Shown here: piece after piece, positions 51,301 through 62,745 of the stretch
How positions within the stretch are numbered: the stretch's first letter is position 1
How the letters are laid out: every line of letters starts with the position of its first letter
Origin: Mobula hypostoma
Taxonomy: Eukaryota
Assembly: GCF_963921235.1 (NCBI RefSeq)
Contig: NC_086097.1
Span: 59,646,001 to 59,710,000 of the forward strand
Direction of reading: 5' to 3'
Length of the DNA: 64,000 nt
The notes under the pieces: generated by a model
Seen by the model: only the letters and a program-made list of their open reading frames with translations
Databases searched by the model: none
Told to the model about the DNA's origin: nothing
Program-made: the position numbers and the translations under genes

Positions 51301-52470
51301 AAAACACATTGATGAAAGTCGAGAAGCTCGTGTAGTGTATATGGATTTCAATAAGGCATTTGATTAGGTTCCCCATGCGAGGCTCGTTCAGAAAGTAATG
51401 AGGCATGGGATCCAAGGAGACCTTGTTTTGGGGATACAGAATTGACTGCCCACAGAAGGCAAAGAGCGATTGTAGATGGTTTGTATTCTTCATGGAGGAC
51501 GATGAACAGTGGTGTTCCACGGGGATCTGTCCTAGGACCCCTCCTCTTTGTGATTTTTATAAATAACCTGGATGAAGAATAGAAGAGTGCGTCAGTCAGT
51601 TTGCTGATGACATAAAGGTTGGGAGTGTTTTGCATAGTCTAGAGGGTTCTCAGATGTTAAAACGTGACATTGATAGGATGCAGAACTGGGCTGAGAAGTG
51701 GCAGATGAAGTTCAACGTGAAGTGGTTCATTTCAGTATGTCAAATTTGAAGACAGAATACAATATTAATGGTATTTCTCTTGGCAGTGTGGAGGATCAAT
51801 GAGATCTTGAGGTCCGTGTCCATAGGACACTCAAAGCTGCTGTGCAAGTTGACAGTACTGTTAAGAAGGCATATAATGTGTTGGCCTTCATCAACTGTAG
51901 GATTGCATTCAAGAGCCATGTTACAGCTATACAAGACCTTAGTTAGACCACACTTGGAGGACTGTGTTCAGTTCTGGTCACCTCACTACAGGAAGGATGT
52001 AGATACTATAGAGAGAGTGCAGAGGGGATTTACAAGGATGTTGCCTGGATTGGAGAGCATGCCTTATGAGAATAGGTTGAGTGAACTCGGCCTTTTCTCC
52101 TTGGAGTGACAGAGGATGAGAGGTGACCTGATGGAGGTGTATAAGATGACGAGATGCATTGGTTGAGTGGATAACCAGAGGCATTTACCAGGGCTGAAAT
52201 GGCTAACATGAGGGGCATATTTTTAAGGTTGCTTGGAAGTAGGTACAGGGGGATGTCAGAGGCAAGTTTTTTTCCCCCACACAGATTGGTGGGTGCTTGG
52301 AATACACTGCCAGCGAAGGTGGAAGAGGCGGATACAACAAGGTTTTTTTTTTGAAAAAGACTCAGCTAGGTAGATGGAGCTTAGAAAACTAGAGTTCTAT
52401 GTGGTAGAGAAATTCAAGGTATTTTCTAGAATAGGTTACATGGTCAGCACAAGATTGTTCTACATTCTAA
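48400..52470 (+). mobile_element. Near full-length CR1 LINE (5' UTR, ORF1, ORF2, 3' tail), degenerate
   Basis: ORF1 and ORF2 motifs in order: [47 protein letters not shown]; tail gttctacattcta. Confidence 0.93.
48617..49565 (+). pseudogene. CR1 ORF1 (zinc finger, coiled coil, SGNH esterase-like domain)
   Basis: MADMAVECSS*...YTCGKC; RIKELELELDEL; AIVIRDSIARG (GDS block), HGGTNDIG (GxND block), DRLHLNWRG (DxxH block). Confidence 0.87.
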
Positions 52471-52609
52471 ATTTAAAAAAACTATAAATCACAATAAGAA
52501 ATATATATGACATCTAAGTCAATGATAATAAATCTAATTCTGAATGGATTGGGGCTTTTGTTTTATTCTGGAACAATATGCAGAATATTAAACATGGACC
52601 TAGATACTG

Positions 52610-52852
52610 CACTACTACTACATCGACTCAGGCTTATGGGGCCAGCGTCGGGCACGATGACAGACTCTCCACTTCTCCCTCTCCCTCACCAACGTGTTCA
52701 GTTCATCTACATTAGCCGCGCCGCTCTCTTCTAGGAGCATGTTGACCATAGTCTTGGAAGGGCACCCAGGGTTCATCCTCCCATGCTTGGGCTCCCATAT
52801 GACGACTAGGCTGGCAGGTAGCTCGGTGTGGCGTAGATAGTGCCCCGTTAGT
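52610..52852 (-). mobile_element. RTE-clade LINE 3' end
   Basis: LQLTGHYLRH...WEPKHGRMNPGCPSKT...REREKWR matches the RTE GH..R...GRP...R..W C-terminus; (TAG)n tail. Confidence 0.85.
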
Positions 52853-52859
52853 TGCATAC

Positions 52860-53350
52860 GCCCTTTTGGCTACAATGTCTGTGCCAACAATGATGCCGAT
52901 CTAAACTAATCCCACCTGCCTGCATGTGATCTCTATACCTGTCCACATGTCTGTCCAAGTACAACTTAAACACTGCTGTTGTGTCTGCATTAACAATCTT
53001 CTCTGGCAGCATGTTCCAGGTACCTACCACTCCTTGTGTAAAAAAAAAATCCTTTCTCATCATCTTCAAACTTGCCCATTCTCATCTTCAAACAATGCCC
53101 TTGAATATTTGACTTTTTTTAATCCTGGGAAAATGACTATCTACTGTAACTTTGCTTCTGTGAATTTAATATTCAGATCTCCCCCCAGCCTCTGATTCCC
53201 AGAGAAAACAATACAAGATTGTCCAACCTCTCTTTCTAGCTAGTAGAGGATGTTACCATCTTTTGCACCCACTTCAAGGCATCCACATTCTTCCAATAAT
53301 GTGGCAACCAGAACTGCAAACAATGTTCCAGTTTAATGCAAGTGCAATAT
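52860..53350 (-). mobile_element. CR1 3' fragment, degenerate
   Basis: LEHCLQFWLPHYWKNVDALKWVQK; RKDFFFTQGVVGTWNMLP. Confidence 0.85.
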
Positions 53351-53944
53351 GTCAAAATCCTAGTAATGCTTACATTCCCATTATTCTTCAAAATAAACTG
53401 AAATATCATTAGTAAAGGCAATTTAAAGTCTCATGTTTTAATCTGGGGGAATGAAAGTTAAACTAAACTCACTGCTTCTGTGTTTAATACTATTAAAGAT
53501 TACAGATTGTGTATCAGTGGAGAACTTCAGGAAGGCTGCACTTAACATAACAGGCGATTATATAAAACAGAAGATGAATTTTGCCCCCAAGAGATGGAGT
53601 ATGGCTGTCGCATCATACATGAGTGATCTCTGAAATCAAATAGCTTGGAGCCTCACCAATTATGAGTGATCTGCAGCTGTGATTTATAGAGAAAAAAAAA
53701 ACATTAACTAGCTTCCAGAAGAAGTAGAATTATAAATCTAAGCCTTCTTCCCTGGCCCTCCTCCAGCTTGTCAAGTTAAGTGAAAATGTCATTTCATTTC
53801 ATGCCTCATCTTCAACTCATCTCTAAAGTAGAACATCAGCTCCCATGCTACATAATAATTAGATGTCCAGTTTTAGTATTGATGAATGTTTTCATCTTAT
53901 ACGTAGATTTCAAAACTCCTTTCAAGGCTGTAGTAGAGCCACAC

Positions 53945-54100
53945 AGCTCAGAAATAGTCTCTTTGACCCACTTTGCCAATCACAATGGGCCACCCATACA
54001 AACCTCATTTAGAAACGTTTGGCCCACAGCCTTCCATGCCTTTCTGATTCAAGAGCTCATCCGGATAAGTTTTCAATGTTATGAGAATTCCTGCCTCCAC
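53945..54100 (-). mobile_element. CR1 3' tail remnant
   Basis: cacagctcagaaatagtctctttgaccc...ctgcctccac resembles the CR1 tails at 41840 and 45680. Confidence 0.5.
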
Positions 54101-54222
54101 TAGCTTCCCATGGAATGTGATCCAGACATAGAATGAACTGGACTAAAACGCCAAACCAGATAGTGAAATGTTCTTAAAGTGACAAATAATTCCAAATGAT
54201 TTCCCTGACATGAAGGAAGGGG

Positions 54223-54910
54223 AGAAGATGGCGCGACGCAGTGTGACACAACGCGCGCGGCCTCTCCAGTGAATGATGTCTGTAATCTGTCAAGTAGGGG
54301 ACCGTACACAATTCTGATTTGATGGAGACAGATGCGAGAGTACGGAGGATCATCTGGAGAAGCTTCCCAAATACCCGCTTCGCTGCTGCTGCTACTGTGT
54401 GATAACCGGAATATCCAGAGGAGAAGGTCCCGAATCCTCGGCTTTGCTTGTTTCGGTGGCCGGGGTTAGGTCGAAGGCGCTCGACAGACGATGGCGCTCG
54501 GGAGGCGGTATCGGAGGGGCTGGTTGGAGGCTCAAAGTTTTCGAATGGACGGACTTGATGTCAGCGGTGGTCAGCTGCTTCCAAGGCATCGGCAGTTGTC
54601 GGTACCTTGGAGGTTTATGGCAGGGAGTTCCTCCCTTTTGCCGCCTGCTATCGGGGACTTGGGAGTTGATCGGGACTTGAGACTTTTTTTTTTACCGTGC
54701 CCATGGTCTGTTCTTTATCAAATTATGGTATTGTTTTGCACTGCTGTAACTATATGTTATAATTATGTGGTCTTGTCAGTGTTAGTCTTTGGTTTGTCCT
54801 GTTTTCTGTGATTTCACTCTGGAGGAACATTGTATCGTTTCTTAATGCATGTATGCATTTCTAAATAACAATAAAAGAGGACTGAGTGTTCTCATAATCT
54901 AATCTAATCT
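54223..54910 (+). mobile_element. Non-autonomous non-coding retroelement, copy 2
   Basis: Collinear with 23421-24068; (AATCT)3 tail. Confidence 0.85.
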
Positions 54911-55368
54911 GTCAGTTTTTAGCTCATACTGCATGAATACTGCATGCCATCACACCGGCACTACACCAATGGGTGGAGGTAACATCCCCATAGGTCATCC
55001 CATCATTTCTATACAAAAACTATGAGTATGAATAGGGGTAGATGGCTTTGAGAGAATATCACCACAGGTCATCCTATTATTTCTATACAACTACGGCAAA
55101 AGTCTGGTGAAAATGTTTTCATCCCTTTCATAAATGAATAACACATTGTGGTAAGAGTACCACTGGGCAGCTGTACACTTGCAGTAACAATAACACAAAA
55201 TGGTGAGAAGATGATTGTTGCTAGAAGAGTTCAGCTTATTGTTTCAGTGGTTATAACATATCTAGAACTGTGATGGCATATGAAAATTTTGAGTATATAT
55301 TGTGTTCAGATGGCATGTGGTCCTTTCACCATACAGTACAATAACTGCTCAGCAAATTGAAAGACACA

Positions 55369-56068
55369 TGTAGCCCCCCTGGCCACCCTCAGGGTCGCTC
55401 GACTCACTGTCGTCTAGGGAAACAGCCCTCAGCCCCGCCAAACTGGGTAACAGTTTGTGTGGATGCTGTGTGATGTACCCCACCCCACCCAAATAACAGA
55501 CAATACACCAGATACAATTAAATGATTTACAGTTTATAGATATTACTGGAACTATATAATTAATAGAATAAAATATAAAAGGAAAATAAAAGGCGCCACA
55601 CTTATCAAAGTTCAATCTCTTCGTGCACAACAAAGTTGGAGCTCAGAACCCTTCTTCTTCATCCTGCAACCCCTCGGACAATCTCGACCGGATGCTTGGG
55701 ACCAACAATGGTGGTCAACCAGACGCTCCACACGAGTCCGTCTCCTTCTCCCCTCCTCGCCGAACGCCCCGCTCAGGCCCCAACCCCGTTAGCGGACATC
55801 ACAGCACCTGGTTCATCCTCTGTCCCTCTCTCCCGCCTTCTGCCCCAAAACCCCGTGCATACAGTATCTTCAAATACATCAGAAACATAACAACTATCCC
55901 AATTGGTTCATTCATCCTCATATCAATAGATAATACAAAACAAACTGCTAGCGGGAAGGACTTTCTTAGCGTTTAACATAACAAAGAAGCATTCCTAAGT
56001 ATAACATAACAAAGAAGCCATTTTAATTAGCCTACACAGTAACATAAAAGACGAAACCCCCTTACTCA
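55369..56068 (-). mobile_element. Probable solo LTR (~700 bp)
   Basis: GC/CpG-richer island bounded by tgtagccccc and cccccttactca; imperfect 4-bp flanks caca / taca. Confidence 0.62.
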
Positions 56069-56553
56069 TACACTTGCACAGTTTTCACAAAATGAAATTT
56101 TTATAGTCAAAGAAGATATTTTAAAAATTGTAATCACTTGGTTTTTTAGCAAGAACATCCAACTAATAAGTACTGAAACAGTGGGTTGTTACATGCTGAC
56201 ATTTTGTTGGTAGTATGGAAAAGCAGCATTAGCATCATGTTTGTCATTCTATTCATCTGCTCTTGCACTCAGCACCATGGAAATATGGGTCCTCTACTGA
56301 CAGTTCTGACGTTTCATTGCATCTATAAATCCATTGGCTACAAATTGATCTGAGTGGATGAGCCAGATATACTTTATATCCAGCCTATCAAACCTTCCTC
56401 AACCATGGCTGATGGAATTAGCGCAGCTACTTTATTTGGAATAGGGTTACAGATCTGAATGGAAAAGGTAAGTGTAAGGGAACAAGTTATTCTTTATTTT
56501 AATTTGTATTGGTTTATTCTTGCCACATGAACCAAGATACAGAGAAATACTTG

Positions 56554-58173
56554 TGTAACGCCCTGGGAAAGGTTTCACTATTAATGTTATGGTTTCTCTG
56601 TAGCAGCAGTGTTTGGGTTATAGAATAGAATAGTACAGCACAGTACAGGCCCTTCGGCCCACAATGTTGTGCTGACCATCAAACCCTGCCTCCCATATAA
56701 GCCCCCACCTTAAATTCTTCCATATACCTGTCTAGTAGTCTCTTAAACTTCACTAGTGTATCTGCCTCCACCAAAGACTCAGGCAGTGCATCCACGCACC
56801 AACCACTTTCTAAGTAAAAACCTTCCTCTAATATCCCCCTTGAACTTCCCACCCCTTACCTTAAAGCCATGTCCTCTTGTATTGAGCAGTGGTGCCCTGG
56901 GGAAGAGGCGCTGGCTATCCACTCTATCTATTCCTCTTATTATCTTGTACACCTCTATCATGTCTCCCCTCACCCTCCTCTCCAAAGAGTAAAGCCCTAG
57001 CTCCCTTAATCTCTGATCATAATACATACTCTCTAAACCAGGCAGCATCCTGGTAAATCTCTTCTGTACCCTTTCCAATGCTTCCACATCCTTCCTATAG
57101 TGTGGTGACCAGAACTGAACACATTACTTCAAGTGTGGCCTAACCAGAGTTTTATAGAGCTGCATTATTACATCGCAACTCTTAAACTCTATCCCTCGAT
57201 TTATGAAAGCTAACACCCCATAAGCTTTCTTAACTACCCTATCCACCTGTGAAGCAACTTACAGGGATCTGTGGATATGTACCCCCAGATCCCTCTACTC
57301 CTCCACACTACCAAGTATCCTGACATTTACTTTGTACTCTGCCTTGGAGTTCGTCCTTCCAAAGTGTACCACCTCACACTTCTCCGGGTTGAACTCCATC
57401 TGCCCACTTCTGCATCCTATCGATGTCTCTCTGCAATCTTCGACAATCCTCTACACTGTCTACAACACCACCAACCTTTGTGTCATCTGCAAACTTGCCA
57501 ACCCACCCTTCTACCCCCACATCCAGGTCGTTAATAAAAATCACGAAAAGTAGAGGTCCCAGAACAGGTCCTTGTGGGACACCACTAGTCACAATCCTCC
57601 AATCTGAATGTACTTCCTCCACTACGACCCACTGCCTTCTGCAGGCAAGCCAATTCTGAATCCACCTGGCCAAACTTCCCTGGATCCCATGCCTTCTGAC
57701 TTTCTGAATAAGCCTACCGTGGTGGCTTTGGAATGTGCGCCATCCAATGAGGGGAATGCTTTTCTTTCTTGTCTGCCCAAGAGTGAAGTATTCATGAGCT
57801 TTTAGTTGGCGGAAGATGGAGAGAGAAGATACCAGAATGGAGAGTCGACGACACCTTAGGGTGGGGGTGAGGGGGGAAGAAATCAATGGAGAACAAATGG
57901 ACAGGAAAATTGTGAGCTCCAACATGTGCATTAGACTGTTTGATTAAAATGTGCCCTTTTCTTTTTATTTTCTTTACTAGCCCTCAAGTCAAATTAAGAA
58001 TTATAAAGCTAAATCATTTAATTGCATATGGTGTACTATTTGTTACTTTGTGGTACTGAATTGTAATAGGGAAAATATCATGCAGTATCCACACAAATGA
58101 GATTTCACCAGTTTGGTGGGGGCTGTGACTGTCTTCCCCTAGACTAATGCTGCCCGCCAAACCTAGGGTTACA
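56554..58173. mobile_element. Solo LTR with a nested CR1 (own sequence 56554-56620 and 57721-58173)
   Basis: Termini TGTAAC...GTTACA; perfect 4-bp TSD CTTG at 56550-56553 and 58174-58177. Confidence 0.87.
56621..57720 (-). mobile_element. CR1 LINE 3' fragment, same young subfamily as 14387 and 45652
   Basis: tagaatagaatag tail; [15 protein letters not shown]...FADDTK; near-identical to 14400-15510. Confidence 0.95.
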
Positions 58174-58599
58174 CTTGTCTGGCATACGGTTTATTCACAT
58201 CAACTTATTGCACAGTGCATTGAGCTAGAATAAGGTAAAACAATAACAGTGGAGAATAAAGTGAAAAGCTACTGAAATAAGTATGGAGCAGGTAAACAAT
58301 AAAGTGCAAGATCATAATAAGGCAGATTATAAAGCCAAGAGTCCATCTCATCATACGAGAGGTTTGTTCAAAAGTCTAATACCAATGGGATAGAAACTGT
58401 CCTTTGGACTTGTAGTGTATGTTTTATATGTTTTGAAATGCATATTACTTTTAAAAATAATTTTAATAAGAGGTATTGAAGCATAAAGTAATACAACACA
58501 GAAATTAGACCTTTAGCCCATCATATTCGTTTGAACTGGTTTGTCCATCTACACTAATACCATTTGCAATAACTCCATATACTTTAAAGACTTGCTTAT

Positions 58600-59850
58600 T
58601 AAAATATCGATCTGAATAGAGGACCTTAGGTCAAGAGGCCACAATACTGGACCTTCTCTTAGGGAATAAGGCAGGACTATGGTTCTATGAAATGGCAACC
58701 AGGAAGTGCTTTGACTGCTGTGACAATAACTCTCTTAGTTTTAAGATAGTGATGGTAAAGGACAACAGGTTAAGGCTCTAAACTAGAGCAGAGCTAATTT
58801 TGAAGAGGTTCAACAGGATTTAGTGGAGGTCGATTGGGTGAGGAATAAATGGCAAATGGGAGGCTTTGAAGAGTGCAATATCAGGAGTTCAAGGTCAACA
58901 TGTTCCTACTAGAGTGAAGGATAATCCTGGCAAGTTCATAAAACCTTGGCTGACCAAGAAATATTGAGGCTCTGGTCAACAAAAATGAGGAAACATAAAA
59001 CAGAACCAAAGGAAACAGAAAGAAAGGAAGGAAGATTTAGGAGGTCTGGGATGACTGAATAACTTGATGGCAATGAAAAATTTAGACTACTATTAGTAGT
59101 CAAACTATTAGTAGAAATCAAAAGGCCAAAAAGAGGATATGAGATAGGTTTGAAATAAGAATTCCAATAAAAATTCCAAAAGGTTCAATAGCTACAGTAT
59201 ATGAAGGTTAAAATGGCGGCTAAGGAGAGCAAGTCCCCTTAGAGATCAGTAGGACAGCCTATGCCTCAGGTTGCAGAAGATGATTGAGATTTCTAATGAA
59301 TATTCCACTTTGGTGTTTACTGAGGAGAAAATCATTGTTGCTCAAGAGATCAGGGAAACAAGTGGTGATGTTGTGGTGGACATTTGTATTACTGTGGTAA
59401 ACCATCTATATATATGTTGTAACTGGGTTACCTGTCTGGACTGGCCCCTCTGCTGACTGCTCCTGTGGCTCCTCCCTCAGACGCCTGAATAAAGGCCACT
59501 GTTCCTCCTCTCAGTCCAGGGCAGATACTCAGCATGGTCGAAGTCACATTTTACTGCTAATAAAAGCCTTTCAGTACTTACTCTATATCCAGTCTTTTGG
59601 AGTAATTGATAGTGCATCAATTACCAAAGAGCAGGTATTAGCAGGATTTCACGTATTAAAGTAGATAAATCCCTAGGGCCTAGCCAAATGCATTGGAAGA
59701 CAGAAGAATGAGAGATGACTATATGAAGATTTATAAAATCAAGAAGAGCACAGATAAAGTAAATGGTTGTATTTTTCCCCAGGATAGGGCAGTCAAAAAC
59801 TAGGGTGAAAGGTTAAAGACTTAAAACTTGAAGGGCAACTTTTCCACTTG
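58600..59850 (+). mobile_element. Old CR1 fragments (EN end, tether, 3' part) interrupted by a solo LTR
   Basis: ILDLLLGN, EISNEYSTLVFTEE, gtagataaatccctagggcc (DKSLGP). Confidence 0.75.
59393..59619 (+). mobile_element. Solo LTR (227 bp)
   Basis: TG...CA termini, AATAAA, perfect 5-bp TSD ATTAC at 59388-59392 and 59620-59624. Confidence 0.88.
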
Positions 59851-59854
59851 GTGT

Positions 59855-60022
59855 AGGACTGACAGTATACTATGAATGGTAGGGTACCAGGGAGTGTAAT
59901 GGAACAGAAGAACCCAGAAGTGCAATTGCATAATATTTCAAAAGCAACATCGTAGGTAGACAGGGTGGTCAAAAAGGCATTTAGCTCTCAGCCTTCATCA
60001 GTCAATGCATTAAATATAGGAT
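59855..60022 (+). mobile_element. CR1 fragment
   Basis: gaacagaagaac (EQ), gtagacagggtggtcaaaaaggcattt (VDRVVKKAF). Confidence 0.7.
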
Positions 60023-60034
60023 GTGTATGATAAG

Positions 60035-60845
60035 TATATGTCCCAACACATCAATGCAGCAATAAAGACAAGACAGCGGCTATCCTTCATTAGGAGTTTG
60101 TAGAGATATGATATGTCACCTAATGATGATGATAACGTCGACTCGGGCCTGAGAGGCCAGCGTCAGGCATTTTCATGCCTTACAAGGTGTGGAATGAAAG
60201 ACTGTGTGGCGGGACACTCCTCACACAGACATTTTTGCAGTATTTTATTTTCTTTATTTTACGAGGTCAAGTTGCGAGCTCAACCCAGCACGGATGGAAA
60301 GCTTACTCAGGAATGGCCCGACTGGATTCGAACCCGGGAACCTCCGTTCCGAAGTCCGGCGCTGATGTCACTGTGCCACCAGCCAACCTAAAACACTCCA
60401 AAAATTCTACAGATGTACTGTGGAGAGCATTTTGACAGGCTGTATCACCATCTGGTATGGGGGGGGGGGGCAGCTGGCGTGGGGTAGCTACTGCATAGGT
60501 TTGGAAGAAGCTACAGAAAGTTGTAAATTTAGTCAGCTACATCATGGGTACTAGCCTCCATAGTATCCAAGAATTCTTTAAGGAGCGGTGCTTCAGAAAA
60601 GGTGGTGTCCATTATCAAGGACCCCCATCACCCAGGGCATGCCCTTTTCTCACTCTTACTGATTTCTGAATGGATATTGAGCTCATAAACACTACATCAC
60701 TTTTGGATCATTTCTGTTTTTCCGCTGCCTTTGTTAATTTAACTATTTAATATACATATATACTTACTGCAATTCATTTATTTATTTTTCTATGTTTATC
60801 ATGTTTTGCATTGTACTCCTGCTATTGTTAACAAATTTCACGACA
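60035..60845 (+). mobile_element. Rex1/Babar-type LINE 3' fragment carrying a SINE insertion
   Basis: FYRCTVESILTGCITIWYG, KLQKVV, IIKDPHHPGHALFSLL; AT-rich 3' UTR ending aacaaatttcacgaca. Confidence 0.88.
60124..60385 (-). mobile_element. tRNA-derived SINE with RTE-derived 3' tail
   Basis: A box TGGCACAGTGA, perfect B box GGTTCGAATCC, (ATC)n tail, TSD ACCTAA at 60118-60123 and 60386-60391. Confidence 0.92.
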
Positions 60846-60846
60846 C

Positions 60847-61290
60847 TAGACGGCCTGAGTTGTAGGGAGAGATTGGCTAGATTGGGTCTTTATTCCTTGG
60901 AGAGTAGGAGAATGAAGGGTGACCCTATAGAAGTTCACAAAATCAGGGGGAGTACAGATAAGGTGGATGGTAGCGATCTTTTCCCCAGAGTAGTGGAGTC
61001 AAAAACCCGGGGCATGGATTTCAGCTGAGAGGGGAAAGATTTCAAAGCCATCTGAGGGGCAACCTTTTCATGCAGAAGATATCAAGTATATGGAACAATC
61101 TGCCAGAAGAAGTTATTGAAGCAGATACAATAGCATCCTTTAAGAAGCACTTGGATAGAAACATGGAGGGAAGGGTAAAAGAGGAACATGAGCCAAACAC
61201 AGGAAATTGGGACTGACTGAGTAGACACATAGTTGGTATGGATTTGATGGGTTTGGAGGGTCTCTATCTGGGCTGTTTTGGTCTATGACT
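60847..61290 (+). mobile_element. CR1 3' end
   Basis: LDGLSCRERLARLGLYSLESRRMKGDPIEV; tail ggtctatgactc. Confidence 0.87.
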
Positions 61291-61309
61291 CAATATATGT
61301 CTCTTAAAT

Positions 61310-62745
61310 ATAGTGATTATATTTGACTCTATCAGCTCCTCTGACAGTGAGTGAAACACTGTAAAAATCATTTTCCTCATTTCCACCAAATTTTCTTCCT
61401 CTCATCTTAAATTCATGCCACAAACATAGGGGGAATAAAACTCTGATGGTCTCATCCCCACCTTCCATAATTTTACAATCATCAATCAGGTCATCCTTTA
61501 GTCTATCAGGAAGAACATTCAGCCTGCCCAGTCCTCCTAAACAGAATTCCTGCAATCCAAGCATCATCCTTCCCTCTTCATTCATCCCTTTTATAACGTG
61601 GTGACCAGAACTGTATACAATACTCCAAGTGTGGGATAAACAGGGTTTTATAATATTGCAACATCCTACCTCAACTCTTACATTTGATGCCCTAACCTAT
61701 GAAGGCTATCACATCATATGCCTTCTTGAACGTGCTAACTATCTGTGCTATCACTTTTAAGGAACCATGGACTGGAATCCCAAGATCACCCTGTCCACCA
61801 ACATTCCTTGATGTCCTACCACTTACTGTTTATGTCCTATCCCTAGCTGGCTTTCCAAATAAAGTATATCATCTCACACTTTTTTGGATTAAATTTCATA
61901 CTCTAATTCTTCATCATGTCATCTACAAATATACTAATCATATCTCCTTACATTCACACCAGTCATTGATGTACTGTATATCATAAACAAGGGTTCAAAC
62001 ACTAGTAGTAATTGGGTGATCACTCGAGTTGAGCATGATTGAGTATGCTGTTGTCCTAAAAGGTTTTTCCCCTTAATGGAGACCACCTGTGCATCACTTT
62101 GTTTAATGTGCCAAGGCTAATGCACAGGCATTCATCACATGGTCCTTAACAGATTAGGATCAAGATCCAGTGAGATGGAATGCAAGATAAAACCTTCAGT
62201 GCTGCAACCTTCCTCCATCTTGATGCCATTGTGATGTGTCATCATCTTCTGGCAGCTCTACCATTGAGGTCTTAGTTGGATTGCTCTTTGTCTGACACTT
62301 CACCCTTGACCCTACCACTGTGAGTGATCATGGAGCTAAGCTCCAGATGGCATTGCTCTTGGGATCCCAAGAACTCACAAGACTCTTGACCACAACAAGG
62401 TGATGATCTTCAGAGAAACACTAATCCACTGCCTACCACTGGTTACAGGATTCATATCAGAAAGGTATTTAGCCACCTATCAGCAAGTCAGTTTAGGTTC
62501 CAATGAACCATTTTGCTTTGGATCGCATGTACCTTAACTTTCTGGAGCAGACTACCATGTGGCAACTTGTTAAAAGCCTTACTAAATTCTATGTAGACAA
62601 TTTCTACCATTCTGCTTTCACCAATCTTCTTAATTATCTCCCAAAAAATAAAATCAGATTAGTGAGGCCAGATGCCCTTTACACAATGCTATGCTGACTA
62701 TCTCTGTCTGTCTTTCCAACTATTCATAAATCCTGTCCTTTAGAA
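61310..62745 (-). mobile_element. Old CR1 fragment split by a 411-bp insertion
   Basis: gtggtgaccagaactgtatacaatactccaagtgtgg (minus PHLEYCIQFWSP); aaagccttactaaattc (minus FSKAF). Confidence 0.78.
62005..62415 (-). mobile_element. Non-coding insertion, probably a non-autonomous RTE-derived element
   Basis: 8-bp TSD AAACACTA at 61997-62004 and 62416-62423; gtagta simple-repeat edge; family assignment is from resemblance only. Confidence 0.65.

Larger units (their letters stand above)
56505..58430 (-). mobile_element. Rex1/Babar-type 3' end split by a solo LTR (own sequence 56505-56553 and 58174-58430)
   Basis: ggtttatt...gaaatacttg joins tctggcatac across the TSD; ttcaaaagtctaat...gatagaaactgt resembles 4970-5010. 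Confidence 0.62.

Noticed and set aside
55623..55976. 117 aa proline/serine-rich ORF
   Set aside because: Lies inside the probable solo LTR; composition reflects the C-rich strand
57374..57931. 185 aa ORF appearing to fuse a novel N-terminus to RT
   Set aside because: Chance read-through from LTR sequence into a 5'-truncated CR1; the RT is incomplete and the frame breaks soon after FADD
60315..60385. tRNA gene
   Set aside because: A/B boxes are present but it continues into a SINE body with a LINE-derived tail and TSD, with no poly-T terminator after the tRNA-like part
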